A DNA stretch of 64,000 nt from Candidatus Latescibacterota bacterium (GTDB taxonomy: Bacteria; Latescibacterota; UBA2968; UBA8231): positions 256,001 to 320,000 of the forward strand of contig OZ242214.1 of the NCBI GenBank assembly GCA_965206595.1. The letters are read 5' to 3'. Within the stretch, counting starts at the first letter, position 1, and every line of letters starts with the position of its first letter. Both the position numbers and the translations under genes were made by a program. The notes under the pieces were generated by a model that was given only the letters and a program-made list of their open reading frames with translations, did not search any database and was not told the origin of the DNA. Below are positions 24,063-34,355 of the stretch, in pieces.

Positions 24063-26177
24063 TCACTCATCGCGGAGGCATCCGTTCACCTTGTGATTCG
24101 GATCGTCCGGCAGGCCGTCGTACTCGAGAACGGCTTCGGCGCCGCCGAAAAGGGCCGTGATGGTTCCCCCGTTCAGGTGTATGGAACCCTGGGGAGCCGA
24201 TATGCCGTTTCTGTCCCGATCGTTTCTGGTAATGCGGTATTCAAAGATTAGCCTGTCGGTGCCCGATCCGTTCTTGTAGCCCGCCCTCTTAAATACATTG
24301 CAGTAGAATTCGAGCCTCAGGTAGGGTGTGCCCGTTAGCGTAACCGGAGTGTCGAATGACACCTCTACTTCTATAGTTTCATCCCGGCCATAGGTGGTGC
24401 CTCTGTCGGGAGTGGAAGTTATCTGGAGCCCCTGGATCGCTGGTGTTGTCGATTGCTCCAGGACCACCTCGGCGCTGGCAGGCGTCCCCGAAGAAACGTT
24501 CGCCGGGAGATCACCAAAGTTCAACTGGACCTCTTCGGCACCTTCGTCCTGGTCGCTGTCCTCCATGGCCATCAAGGTGAAGGTCTGCATGCTATCATCC
24601 GGTGCGAAGGTGATACTTGACGGCACACCTGAGTAGTCGTCAGGACCCGCCCCATCTTTCTCTTCCACAGTAATGGGAACCGTGATCGGCAAAGCACCTG
24701 CCCGGGGATCCAGATACACCGCAATCTCGATCCCGGAGGGATCCCCCTCCATGGTGGTGTACTGCGATGCCCCGAAGGAAACGGTGCGTTCAACCCGTTC
24801 GGTTTGTACCGTGGATGACCAGGCTCCGCTGCCTTCGCTGTTTCTGGCACGCACCTGAATCTCGTAGGCATCTTCGGTCAGATCCTCCATGGTGACCGGC
24901 GTCTCCGTCAGATCGGTGTCCGTCACCTCGGTCCAGGAGTCTGCTCCGTCCGGGCGGTAGCGGTAGTCGTAACCGGTAACCTCGAAGCCTGCCGGGAATT
25001 CCACCAGGCTCCCGTTTTCGCTGAAACCGACGGATGCGGTCCAGTTGACGTCTATCTTCGAGTCGTCGGAGTCCTGAAATCCAGCTTCTATTTCTTCAGG
25101 TGGAGCCGGGACCCCCACGTCCTTTACCCGGATGGTCAGGTCGATAACCGATCCACTGCACCCTGTCGGACTTCCTTCGCCTCCCAGGCGATGGATGTTG
25201 TGGGTGTTCACGACGCGGATTTGGTACTCGTTGTCCTCGTTGCCGTCGTGGGGCATTTCATAGTCGGGGACCGTCTTGAACGTCAGCGTCACCGTTCCCG
25301 ATGTCGCCCTCTCTTCCGAATCCAGAGAAACCAGTGCATTGTCGAAACCGCCGTCCGGAAGGGTGTATGGGTCGTAGACGGTGGCGATCTCACAGCGGAT
25401 GGAGGGCGGCGACCAGTTCTCCAACCTCCACTGTCGAGGCTCTGCGGTAACCGCCGTCCAGGTGGGCAGTTCCTCGCTCTCCGGCATTGTTGTCCCTTCG
25501 TACATCTCTATGGGAGCAGGGATCTCCCAGCGCTGGTCTTCCTTGTATTCCGCCGGTGCCGAGAACTGGGCCGAGCCATCGTAAACCAGGTGTACGTTGA
25601 AGACCTCCGGATTGCTCTCATCGGTTCCATCGCTTGCGTAGATTGCCGACAGCAAGGTTGGGATGGTGGCGACCTCCCCGTAAACCGAGGTGAACCGGGC
25701 GGGGGTTATATCTCCGTCCGGCTGGAATACAAAGCTGTTGCCTTCCCGCGTGATCCTGAACAGGGCTTCCGCAGGGGTTTGAATTCCCGAAAGACCGGGA
25801 ACCGCGAACCCGAACCGGTAGGAGATGTCGTCTCCGTCCGGGTCCGTCGCCGGCTCTCCCGAAAACTCCAGCTGATCCCCTGGACCCCTCGGGAGCAGAA
25901 GGGTCAGGCCATGCCCTTCCAGGGAACTGTTGAAGGTCGGGGGATGGTTGGACCCGTGGGCCCTTGGTTCTGCGGCGGAACCAGTGTCGGTACCGGAGGA
26001 CGCCGTATTTAAAGCGGAGGATGCTAAAAAACGCGCGGAGTCCGAAGCCGTTGCCACTGCCTTGCCGGCAGGAGGCATTGGATCCGGTTGCGTCGGTTGG
26101 GTCGGCATTGAGTCCTTGCCGCAGGCGACTGCAAGAAACGCAAGCATCAGGCATGGAAGTGCGAATGGTCCTTTCAT
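24063..26177 (-). CDS. Surface lipoprotein with cadherin-like, FN3, Calx-beta and Ig-like domains
   Basis: Lipobox AVAC; PDYE, YEIQVRARN, ITFAP and YKNGSGT..L.F.Y motifs. Confidence 0.8.
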   Translation of the reverse strand: MKGPFALPCLMLAFLAVACGKDSMPTQPTQPDPMPPAGKAVATASDSARFLASSALNTASSGTDTGSAAEPRAHGSNHPPTFNSSLEGHGLTLLLPRGPGDQLEFSGEPATDPDGDDISYRFGFAVPGLSGIQTPAEALFRITREGNSFVFQPDGDITPARFTSVYGEVATIPTLLSAIYASDGTDESNPEVFNVHLVYDGSAQFSAPAEYKEDQRWEIPAPIEMYEGTTMPESEELPTWTAVTAEPRQWRLENWSPPSIRCEIATVYDPYTLPDGGFDNALVSLDSEERATSGTVTLTFKTVPDYEMPHDGNEDNEYQIRVVNTHNIHRLGGEGSPTGCSGSVIDLTIRVKDVGVPAPPEEIEAGFQDSDDSKIDVNWTASVGFSENGSLVEFPAGFEVTGYDYRYRPDGADSWTEVTDTDLTETPVTMEDLTEDAYEIQVRARNSEGSGAWSSTVQTERVERTVSFGASQYTTMEGDPSGIEIAVYLDPRAGALPITVPITVEEKDGAGPDDYSGVPSSITFAPDDSMQTFTLMAMEDSDQDEGAEEVQLNFGDLPANVSSGTPASAEVVLEQSTTPAIQGLQITSTPDRGTTYGRDETIEVEVSFDTPVTLTGTPYLRLEFYCNVFKRAGYKNGSGTDRLIFEYRITRNDRDRNGISAPQGSIHLNGGTITALFGGAEAVLEYDGLPDDPNHKVNGCLRDE

Positions 26178-26585
26178 GATGTAGCTCCGTGGTTTCGAGG
26201 TTGAGGAAGGCCAGGGAACTACATACCGCGGGGGAGCCCGGGCCCGAGAGGAAACCGTGCCGGAAAGACCTGACATCCCCCTGTAAAATGACGCGGGCCT
26301 TCCAGGCAACCGGGCCGATCGGGAACCAGTCGCGGTCCAGGATTGTCTTGAGCTCGCCGGCAGCACATCCGTTGTCCGGGCGTCCTTCGCGTATCGATCA
26401 GCCATGAGACAACCTCCCTTTCGGACCTGCTGCCGTTGCCGAGTCCACTCACCTTTCAAACGAATGAAGGGAGGCTATTGTTCCCGTCCTGATGATGATT
26501 GAGTTTCCCCCGGCCCTGGGCAAGGATTGGGGTTGGGCTCAACGGCTGTCGACGTCGAAATGAACAGACAGAAAGGAGCTGAACT

Positions 26586-27779
26586 ATGCGTTTGTTCTCT
26601 CTTTTTCTTATAGGATTGATTCTGGGTTCCTGCGGCAAGGACCCCCTTTCCGAACGAGTGGAAAAACTTGAGGAGCGGATCGGCGAGCTCGAAGCCGAAC
26701 AGGAGGAGGAGCGATCGACCCTGCTCGGCCGGTTGGATCAGGTCGCGGTGACTGCCGACAATGCCGATGAAGTGAATGAAATCAGGGCCAAGCTGGCACA
26801 GACGGATATTTCACGCGCAGAATTCGACAGACTGCGAGACCGGGTCCTGTCCCTGGAGCGCCGGATCGGGGACTGGAGCCAGGTCGTCAATGCCATGCAG
26901 CGCTCGGTTTACGCGGTGATTCACGCCGTGTTCGTTTCCCAGGATGACGTAATTTTCACCTTTGTCGGCACCGGCTTCGCCGTAACCAGGGGAACTTTGG
27001 TTACCAACGGCCATATCATCGACGCACTTGTCCGACTGGACGATCAATTCCAGGATTTCAATCAGAGATTCGGTACTGGCCTGCAGGCCTATTGGATGGT
27101 CGTGCAGAATCTCACTCCCTCCCTCGTATACAGGTGGAACTATTTCTTTATCGACGAGTTCAGTACACACCCGCAGTGGAATCCCCTCGATCTCAGCTCC
27201 CCCGATGTAGGTAGGGTGCAGGTTCTCGAGGGGTCAATGCCGCGCACGATTCCTTTGGTTACGGTCTCCGAGGCTCTGAGGTTGAGGGTAGGTACCCGCG
27301 TGGCGACACTCGGTTTTCCCGGCGAGCTTCAGGGAGGCGACCTCGATCACCTGTATCCCATCGCGACGTTCAAGGACGGCACGGTCAGCGCCGTGCGTCC
27401 TCCCTTTCAGGGGGAACGCTACAGCCCGCGGGATACGTATGTCGTTCAGCACAACCTCGATCTGTCGGGAGGCACCAGCGGCAGCCCCATCTTCGACGCA
27501 TCGGGGAAGGTTCTGGCGATCAACAACGCCGGCATCGCCAACGTGGTCCTCACGTTGGGGGGAGCACCTGCCCGCATTTCACAGGCTGCCCCGGGGTTCG
27601 GTATTCGCGCCGACAAGATCCACGAGCTGCTCAACGAAGCGGGCATCGCAGCCAAGCCGGTGGCAACTATTGACAGTCCCGGCATATCCGCGGTGCTGGA
27701 TGGAAGGGAGATGAGCTCTTTCGAGATAGGTACCGTGGATGACGACCTGACGGAACGCCTCACCCAGGCGGCATTTTGA
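26586..27779 (+). CDS. Lipoprotein with coiled coil and trypsin-like serine protease domain
   Basis: Lipobox LGSC; TNGH, DVG, GGTSGSP catalytic motifs. Confidence 0.85.
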   Translation: MRLFSLFLIGLILGSCGKDPLSERVEKLEERIGELEAEQEEERSTLLGRLDQVAVTADNADEVNEIRAKLAQTDISRAEFDRLRDRVLSLERRIGDWSQVVNAMQRSVYAVIHAVFVSQDDVIFTFVGTGFAVTRGTLVTNGHIIDALVRLDDQFQDFNQRFGTGLQAYWMVVQNLTPSLVYRWNYFFIDEFSTHPQWNPLDLSSPDVGRVQVLEGSMPRTIPLVTVSEALRLRVGTRVATLGFPGELQGGDLDHLYPIATFKDGTVSAVRPPFQGERYSPRDTYVVQHNLDLSGGTSGSPIFDASGKVLAINNAGIANVVLTLGGAPARISQAAPGFGIRADKIHELLNEAGIAAKPVATIDSPGISAVLDGREMSSFEIGTVDDDLTERLTQAAF

Positions 27780-27811
27780 CGCAAGCGCTCCGTCACCGCG
27801 CAGGGGGTCGG

Positions 27812-28669
27812 TCAGCGCGGTTCCCCGGGCCCGCCGCCGTGCCGGGTCTCGTTCTCCCAGCGCCGGTACATCTCGGGCCGGCGGTAATGGCGGAAGAACA
27901 TGGTCGTGTCCCTGCGGCTGTCCCCCAGCGCCGAGGCACTCAGGTCGGCGACGATCATCTCCTCTTCGCTGCCGCTTTGCACCTCGGCGATGACGGCTCC
28001 GAGGGGGTCGCAGATGAAGGTTACCCCCGAAAAGGTGCGGCCCGCCCCGTTGTCGCCGACGTGGTTGCAGATGGCGACGAAGACGTTGTTGTCGTAAGCG
28101 CGGGCGGGGACGTAGCGCATCCAGCGGGCCCGCTTTTGCGCAGGGGTCTCCAGCGGCGAGGCATGGGGCAGGAAGATCACCTCGGCCCCCTTCCCGGCGA
28201 GCAGGGTGCTCAGCTCGGGGAAGTGGGAATCATAGCAGATCTCGATGCCGTAGCGGGCCCTGGGATGGTCGAACACCGGAAGGGCGTCGCCGTGGCGCCA
28301 GGTGCCGATCTCGAGATCGGGGACGTGCGTCTTGCGGTAGTGGCCGGCGTATCCGTCCGGCCCGCAGACGACCTGGGTGTTGTAGACGATGCCGCTGGCG
28401 TCCCGTTCGAGGATACCGGCAAGCAGGGTGATTCCGCAGTGGCGGGAGATCTCCTCGAGCCTGCGCAGGGATTCCCCATGAAGCGGCTCGGGCTCCGGGA
28501 CCGAAGTGTCGCCGGCGTTGTACCCGCACACGCACAGCTCGGGAAAGCAGGCGATGTCGACGTTTTGCGCCGCGGCTTCTTCCGCGAAGCGCTGAATGGT
28601 TGCGAGGTTGCGTTCGTGTTCGGCGACGCGGCTGTTCATCTGCACCGCGGCTATGCGCAGGTCCTGCAT
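27812..28669 (-). CDS. Carbon-nitrogen hydrolase (nitrilase family)
   Basis: FPEL, YRKTH, ICYD triad. Confidence 0.9.
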   Translation of the reverse strand: MQDLRIAAVQMNSRVAEHERNLATIQRFAEEAAAQNVDIACFPELCVCGYNAGDTSVPEPEPLHGESLRRLEEISRHCGITLLAGILERDASGIVYNTQVVCGPDGYAGHYRKTHVPDLEIGTWRHGDALPVFDHPRARYGIEICYDSHFPELSTLLAGKGAEVIFLPHASPLETPAQKRARWMRYVPARAYDNNVFVAICNHVGDNGAGRTFSGVTFICDPLGAVIAEVQSGSEEEMIVADLSASALGDSRRDTTMFFRHYRRPEMYRRWENETRHGGGPGEPR

Positions 28670-28693
28670 CGGATCGGTCCTCCTATTTGGTGG

Positions 28694-29101
28694 TCAGCGG
28701 GCGGGCCAAAGCTCGAGCGGCGTCCACTTCGCCATGTGGTTGAAGTCGAGGTCGGTCGCCAGCATGACCAGTTTGTAGCGAATACAGATCTGGGCGAGAA
28801 GCGCGTCGATGGTTCCGATCTGAATGCCGTGCCGGCGGCACTTGTTGCGCAAGGCGGCTGCGTCGATGTAGTCGTCACGGGCGGGGGAAATCATGGCGAG
28901 CGCCTCGAACCGTTTGATGATCCCCGTCCTGGCTCGCGGTCCTGAAAAGCCCTGCAACAACTCCTGCAAGACGATCCCGGTCGTGTAAATCGGTTCGCCG
29001 CTGCCGAGCCCCTCCCGCAGGCGCTGCACCTCCGCTCCTTCCGGTGCCGTATCCCGTCTCAAGGCCAGCGACCAGACGCTCGTGTCCACAAACAGCGTCA
29101 C
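28694..29101 (-). CDS. vapC: PIN-domain toxin
   Basis: FVDTSVW, ELLQG, DALLA, TDLDF. Confidence 0.9.
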   Translation of the reverse strand: MTLFVDTSVWSLALRRDTAPEGAEVQRLREGLGSGEPIYTTGIVLQELLQGFSGPRARTGIIKRFEALAMISPARDDYIDAAALRNKCRRHGIQIGTIDALLAQICIRYKLVMLATDLDFNHMAKWTPLELWPAR

Positions 29102-29298
29102 CCGCGGCTCCGTTCGCGTTTGTAGTCGAAGCCCTCGTCCCAGTCGAGTTTTCCAAAAAGATCCAGGAGCCGTTCCTGCTCCCGGCGTGCGATGAACTCC
29201 CGCAAGGCGCGGTTGACAGTCGCCTTCTTCGTCTTCTCGCCGCCGATCTCCAACGCCTTTTCGAGCAGCATCGGGTCTATCGCCAGGTTTGTCGCCAT
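29098..29298 (-). CDS. vapB: VapB-type antitoxin
   Basis: MATNLAID...TKKATVNRAL.EF; 4-nt overlap with the PIN gene. Confidence 0.85.
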   Translation of the reverse strand: MATNLAIDPMLLEKALEIGGEKTKKATVNRALREFIARREQERLLDLFGKLDWDEGFDYKRERSRG

Positions 29299-29540
29299 TG
29301 TGTTACCTCCAACACATGAAATTACACATAACTAATACCAGACCGGTTACGCGGACAAGTGCGCGGCGCACTCGGACAGAGGTTGCCGGTCCGGGCATGA
29401 ACCTTTTTTTGCCGCGGTCATGCCTGTCCCGGCCTCGAAGGGCGGGCTCCCCCCGAAGGTGCCTTTTTGCGAGAGGCAGCAGGGACGGCCCATGGTACAT
29501 GATCGGGCACGCCCTATTTTCTGGTTTTCCGGAGAAAGCC

Positions 29541-30332
29541 ATGACCACTTCCAGCACTATCCGGCAGCAATACCTGACGGACGGTTTCTTCCTTGCCGCG
29601 GAACCCGTCCTTCCTCCCGACGTCGTGCAGGCCGCTGTCGCCGGCATGGACGCGGTGCGCGAGGGCCGCTACGACGCGGGACAGCCTCCCCGGCAGTCGC
29701 GCTGGAATCCCGGCGACGACCCAAACGAGCTGTGCAAGATCGAGCTGCCGCAGCAGGCCGACCTCGGCATCCGGGCCCTGGTAAGCCACCCGGACCTCGG
29801 CCGATGGGCCGCCCGGGTTACCGGCGCCCGCATGGTGCAGGTCTGGTGGACGCAGCTGCTGTACAAACCGCCTCAACCCGGGGAAGGGCAGGCGGAGCTC
29901 AACATCGGGTGGCACCAGGACCGCCACTACTGGCAGACCTGGGAGGAGGGCAGCGAGCTGTTCACCGCCTGGGTGGCCTTGAGCGACGTGACCGCTGATT
30001 CAGGCCCCATGCGATTTGTGCGGGGTTCCCACCAGTGGGGCCTGCTGGACGACGGCGGTTTCTTCCGCCAGGACCTCGACGACCAGGCCGCCGCCATTCC
30101 CGTGCCTGCCGGCCAGTCCTGGGAGGAAGTGCCCGCCCTTCTTCCCCCGGGGGGCGCCAGCTTCCACCACTGCCTCACCTTCCACGGCAGCGGTCCCAAC
30201 CGCTCGGCAGGTCCCCGTCGCAGTCTGGCCATCCACATGCGCACGGAAAAGTCAGCCCCGGCAGGGGACCGCCGCGAGGGCCTGACCGCGTTTCTGGACG
30301 ATCCCGAGCGCAACCCCGTCATCTACCGGTAA
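29541..30332 (+). CDS. PhyH-family Fe(II)/2OG dioxygenase
   Basis: WHQD, GSH, HGSGPN, RR. Confidence 0.9.
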   Translation: MTTSSTIRQQYLTDGFFLAAEPVLPPDVVQAAVAGMDAVREGRYDAGQPPRQSRWNPGDDPNELCKIELPQQADLGIRALVSHPDLGRWAARVTGARMVQVWWTQLLYKPPQPGEGQAELNIGWHQDRHYWQTWEEGSELFTAWVALSDVTADSGPMRFVRGSHQWGLLDDGGFFRQDLDDQAAAIPVPAGQSWEEVPALLPPGGASFHHCLTFHGSGPNRSAGPRRSLAIHMRTEKSAPAGDRREGLTAFLDDPERNPVIYR

Positions 30333-30338
30333 TAGTCC

Positions 30339-31085
30339 ATGGACCCCATGCTGGAAAAGCTGGGTCTGGAGCCGATCACCCTGCCCCGGCGCCACCTGGA
30401 GGAACTGGACCGGAAGGGGTTCACCATTCTGCCCGGTATCGTCGACCCGGCCTGGCGCGACGAGCTGGCCAGGGCTTTCGACCGCCTGTCCGAGGAGGAA
30501 GGGGACCGGGCCGGCAGCGAAGTGGGGCTGGCCCCCGGAGTGCGCCGCCTCGCCGACCTGGTGAACAAGGGGGAGGTGTTCGACCCCATCTATCTCCACC
30601 CGGCGCTGATGCGGGCCGTCTGGCACGTCCTGAAGCGCCCCTTCAAGCTGCACTCGCTCAATGGGCACGACCCTCTGCCGGGCCAGGGACAGCAGCACTT
30701 GCACACGGACTGGGGCGGCGAGCGCACCGCCTTTCACGTGGTCAATTCCATGTGGATGCTCGACGAATTCACCGCCGACAACGGCGCCACCCGCGTGGTG
30801 CCGGGATCCCATCTGCTGCCCGAAAAGATCGATGCCTGCGTCGAGGACCGGACGGCTCCCCGGGAGGGCGAAGTCCAGCTGATCGCCCCGGCCGGTTCAG
30901 TGGGCATCTTCAACGGCAGCTTGTGGCACGGCTGCAGCCACAACCGGACGACCGCCAGGCGGCGCACCCTGCACTGCGCATTCATCGGCCGCGAGCACCC
31001 GCAGCAGACCGACCAGAAGAAGTACCTGCGCCCGGAGACCGCCCGGCGCCTGAGTCCGTTGGCCCGCTACGTGCTTGATGTATGA
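30339..31085 (+). CDS. PhyH-family dioxygenase
   Basis: LHTD, NGATRVVPGSH, LWHG. Confidence 0.9.
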   Translation: MDPMLEKLGLEPITLPRRHLEELDRKGFTILPGIVDPAWRDELARAFDRLSEEEGDRAGSEVGLAPGVRRLADLVNKGEVFDPIYLHPALMRAVWHVLKRPFKLHSLNGHDPLPGQGQQHLHTDWGGERTAFHVVNSMWMLDEFTADNGATRVVPGSHLLPEKIDACVEDRTAPREGEVQLIAPAGSVGIFNGSLWHGCSHNRTTARRRTLHCAFIGREHPQQTDQKKYLRPETARRLSPLARYVLDV

Positions 31086-31099
31086 GCCTGTTTTTCACC

Positions 31100-32224
31100 C
31101 TACACAGACAAACGCGCCCAGCGCGCCTCCATGCAGGCGTCGTCGCCAGCGTAGTAGACGACCATGACGTCGCCGTCCGGCAGGGCCGCGGAAAAAGGCA
31201 GCCCGAAACTCCACAGGCCCATTTCCGCCAGCAGGTCGCCGGTGTCCCCCTGGCCGGCAGCGGTCTGGTTGCCGCCCCCGGTCTGGCGGTACAGCTCGAC
31301 CTCGGTGGCCGCGTCGAAAGGGGCGTCGGCGGCCGCTGCCAGGCGGGCGCGGATCGAGCGCGACCCGAAGCGGTCGACCCAGGCCAGGACCGCGCGGCCG
31401 TCGGGCAGGATGGCCGGATGCGCCGCCTGGTCGGCGAAACCGAGATCCTCGGGGGCGGACCAGGTGGCTCCCTCGTCCGTGCTCAGGCGCCGCTGGATAT
31501 TGAGGTAGCGGGTCGTCTGCCGGTCGTAGATCCAGGTGAAGGTGGCCAGGCGGCCGTCCGGGAAGACGCCGGCGCGCTGGTCCCAGTGGAAGATGCGGCC
31601 GGCAGGGTCCTGGCAGGTGGTGACCGGATCGCTCCAGGTCAGGCCCTGGTCTTCGGAGTACAGATACACCACCCGCTGCAGCCAGGGACCGCGGTCCCGG
31701 TAGGTCTTGTTGGTCTCGATGCTCAGGGCCAGGCGGCCGCTCGGCAGAACGAGCACGGGGTTGGTGAGACTGGGGGGGCCGACATCCGCGGGGATCGGCA
31801 CGGGGCGCCATTCGGACCAGGTGCGCCCCAGGTCGTGGGAATCGGCCAGGAGAATCTCCATCGGCAGGCAACCCTCGGTCTCCTCGTTGAAGAGGGGTTG
31901 CCCCGGATAGGTCTGGCGGTCGACCCACATGGCGGCAAGCAACAGGCTGCCGTTCCCCAGGTCGGTGATGTAGCCGACCCGGAGCGAGCCGTCCATCCCG
32001 TTCATGGTGGTTGCGAAAGGGGTTTCGGGTGCGCTCCAGGATCTCCCGCCGTCATCCGAGCGCCTCAGCTCGACGGTGCCGTCCGCCGAGTCCTTGCTGC
32101 TGCCGACGCGGCAGCTGGCCAGCAGCGAACCGTCGGCCAACGGGGTCAGGGCGGGGAAGGTCGAATAGGCCCGCCGAGTGCCGGGCCGGCCGCGGTTGAT
32201 GATGCCTCGATCACTGATTTCCAT
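31100..32224 (-). CDS. BNR/Asp-box sialidase-like protein
   Basis: Four Asp boxes: SDDGGRSW, SHDLGRTW, SEDQGLTW, STDEGATW. Confidence 0.85.
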   Translation of the reverse strand: MEISDRGIINRGRPGTRRAYSTFPALTPLADGSLLASCRVGSSKDSADGTVELRRSDDGGRSWSAPETPFATTMNGMDGSLRVGYITDLGNGSLLLAAMWVDRQTYPGQPLFNEETEGCLPMEILLADSHDLGRTWSEWRPVPIPADVGPPSLTNPVLVLPSGRLALSIETNKTYRDRGPWLQRVVYLYSEDQGLTWSDPVTTCQDPAGRIFHWDQRAGVFPDGRLATFTWIYDRQTTRYLNIQRRLSTDEGATWSAPEDLGFADQAAHPAILPDGRAVLAWVDRFGSRSIRARLAAAADAPFDAATEVELYRQTGGGNQTAAGQGDTGDLLAEMGLWSFGLPFSAALPDGDVMVVYYAGDDACMEARWARLSV

Positions 32225-32562
32225 ATTCGATATCCCGGGTTCCGGCGCTCCTACGAGGCCGGCATGGTTTACATCCGCTGCAGCTGCCTTCCCCCCGGGC
32301 AGGCCGTGCCGCCGCGGCAGTGGGGGAATGACTGAATATACCGCCCGCCCAGCTGAGATTGCCGGGATGCCCCTGCACTGACACTCCGTCAGAAAAGTCC
32401 ATCTGGCCGCGGCCGGCCCGGACCGTCGACCGCAAAGACTCGGCCTCGCCTGCAGAGCAACTTTTTCAACGGGCTTCCAAGGGAGCGAGCATTGTCTCAG
32501 GTTCGTAGCTGGTTCGCAGGCAATGTCCCTGTGGACAGGTTGCAGGGTGCGGTCTTTGTTTC

Positions 32563-32591
32563 TTGACATGAAATTTTCATGTTTTCATCTT
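32563..32591 (+). promoter_or_regulatory. Sigma70 promoter with overlapping palindromic operator for the TA operon
   Basis: TTGACA-N17-CATCTT; inverted repeat ACATGAAA-T-TTTCATGT at 32566-32582. Confidence 0.65.
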
Positions 32592-32614
32592 AATCGCATG
32601 TCCACGGTGGTTGA

Positions 32615-32881
32615 ATGATTCAGATTCGCAACGTCCCGGAACTCATGCATCGCCGCCTGAAGGCGCGCGCCGCGATGGAGGGAGTCTCCATGTCACAGTA
32701 CGTGATGTGGGCGATCGAGCGGGCGCTGGAGCGGCCGAGCCGGCGGGACCTGCTCGCCGCTATCGGCCGGCAGCCCGAGCTGGCCCTCGAACCATCGCCG
32801 GCCGACGTGCTCCGCGCGGAGCGGGACGCCCGCGGCGACGCGAGCGCCAACGACGAGGATCCCGGCGAGCGAGAGCGGTAG
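32615..32881 (+). CDS. FitA-like ribbon-helix-helix antitoxin
   Basis: IQIRNVP..HR.LKARAA.EG.SMS. Confidence 0.85.
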   Translation: MIQIRNVPELMHRRLKARAAMEGVSMSQYVMWAIERALERPSRRDLLAAIGRQPELALEPSPADVLRAERDARGDASANDEDPGERER

Positions 32882-32887
32882 GCACCG

Positions 32888-33175
32888 TTGCTGGTTCTCG
32901 ATGCCTCGGCCGCGGTCGAGTTGTTGCTGAATACGGCGTCGGGAAAGCGCGTCGCGAAGAGGGTGGAAAACCCCGCTGTCAGCATCCACGTACCCCACCT
33001 CATCGACGTGGAGATCGCTCACGTACTCCGGCGCTACGCCCTGCGCGGAACGTTGAGCGCAACACAGGGAGCACTCGCCCTCGACCAGTGGTGCGCCCTC
33101 GACGTCGAGCGGTATTCGCACGAGTTCTTCCTCGGCCGAATCTGGCAGCTGCGCGATAAGCTCGTGGGGGCATAG
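32888..33175 (+). pseudogene. vapC: 3'-truncated PIN-domain toxin
   Basis: LVLDASAAVELL, P.LIDVE..HVLRR; breaks at about 33160, before the expected YDA motif. Confidence 0.75.
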
Positions 33176-33242
33176 TTCAACAGACGGACAAGAGGCTCCG
33201 GCCAATTGCCTTTCCAACCTACCCGATTCCCCCTGCCACAAA

Positions 33243-33395
33243 CTATCCGTCATCGTCGGCAGTTCTCTTTTCCTCTTCGGGGTCTTTCTTCTCGCTGCAC
33301 GGGATGCATATGTGCCTGCCGGGAGTGGGCATATAGAAAAGGTGGTAGGGCCTGATTTCCTGGCCGCACTCACAACAAACAGGCTTGAATACCAT
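33243..33395 (-). CDS. 50-aa putative Zn-binding microprotein (CCEC...CIPC)
   Basis: Conserved in copy 2 with all Cys retained. Confidence 0.55.
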   Translation of the reverse strand: MVFKPVCCECGQEIRPYHLFYMPTPGRHICIPCSEKKDPEEEKRTADDDG

Positions 33396-33399
33396 CTTG

Positions 33400-33606
33400 T
33401 TACGACCCAGCTTTGTAGGACAGACGTAAGCCATTTTCCTGGTGATGGATGATGGCTCCCATTAGACAGAGATACCTTTCCGGCATCGTTCGCTTCCCCT
33501 TCTCCCACAGGCATACTTCGGCCTCACTGACTCCAAGGGCTATTCCCAGCTCCCACTGTTTCATGCCCAAGGCGTCTCTGGCCCTTTTCAGTTGATCTTG
33601 AGTCAT
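33400..33606 (-). CDS. XRE/Cro-family helix-turn-helix protein
   Basis: LKRARDALGMKQWELGIALGVSEAEVCLWEKGKR. Confidence 0.85.
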   Translation of the reverse strand: MTQDQLKRARDALGMKQWELGIALGVSEAEVCLWEKGKRTMPERYLCLMGAIIHHQENGLRLSYKAGS

Positions 33607-33699
33607 TTTCTGTTCTCCCGTTTTTGGGGGGATAATTGTCGGTGGTCACGGACAGAAAGGCACAGAACCGCCGCTGATCCAGCACGTCGGGAGCGGATG

Positions 33700-33729
33700 T
33701 TGACACTCGACAGACCGCTTTGCTATTAT
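33700..33729 (+). promoter_or_regulatory. Sigma70-like promoter divergent from the HTH gene
   Basis: TTGACA-N18-TATTAT with TG extension. Confidence 0.5.
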
Positions 33730-33847
33730 TTCGACCGCGTGGGGGTGTCCGTTGCCGAAGGGGCGGACAGAACAGCGGGGAAAGAGTTATTTACCTGGAA
33801 GGACTACCGCCAATTTCCACAAGGAACTCCCGTGAGAGTTAGATACA

Positions 33848-33887
33848 TTTCCATAATGTTATACCAGATTTTTCCCAAAAACGCGGA
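33848..33887 (-). promoter_or_regulatory. Conserved motif copy 1 (AAAATCTGGTATAA, extended -10-like)
   Basis: TTATACCAGATTTT recurs at about 39977 and 42237. Confidence 0.5.
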
Positions 33888-33980
33888 TCTGAGCGGCGAA
33901 CTGGATGGATGGAATGCCTTTTTTCCTACGAGCGCAAAAGGCAGACAGATACCTGTACGGGGACATAGAGGGACCCGAAC

Positions 33981-34268
33981 TTGCTTGGTGGCCGCTGTCC
34001 TTGTCCGGGATGCAGCGTACGAGATCGCCGATGCCATGCGGTACCGGTGTTTGAGAAGGATGAGTACCAGCTATTCTCCTTGCCCTTTTTTCTTGGAGTC
34101 TTGATCAAGACATTTGATCAACCGACTCGCCAGGGAATTGCTCAGAATCTTCAGGAGTGGAGGCTGGCAGATTTGGTCAATGAAGAATCTCTTCCAACAG
34201 GGATTGAGGAATCCGAGGTACGCAGGGTTTTAGAAATTTATCAGCGAATGTTGGAGGAGTTTGACTGA
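33981..34268 (+). pseudogene. Hypothetical gene fragment
   Basis: Protein-like helical C-terminus; no convincing start. Confidence 0.3.
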
Positions 34269-34355
34269 TAATGATAAGTCATCTCCATATAAGTTTTGCG
34301 AGGATAAGCAGGAACAAAAGAGAGAGTAATAGCAAATCGTAAGGAAAGGTAGGTC

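Larger units (their letters stand above)
33160..33705. repeat. About 0.5-kb direct repeat, copy 1 (HTH plus CxxC module)
   Basis: Aligns with 39120-39668. Confidence 0.9.

Noticed and set aside
26178-26459. N-terminal extension of the lipoprotein ORF
   Set aside because: The signal peptide and lipobox fit a start at 26177. An in-frame ATG with a GGAGG near 26405 exists but its product has no recognisable features.
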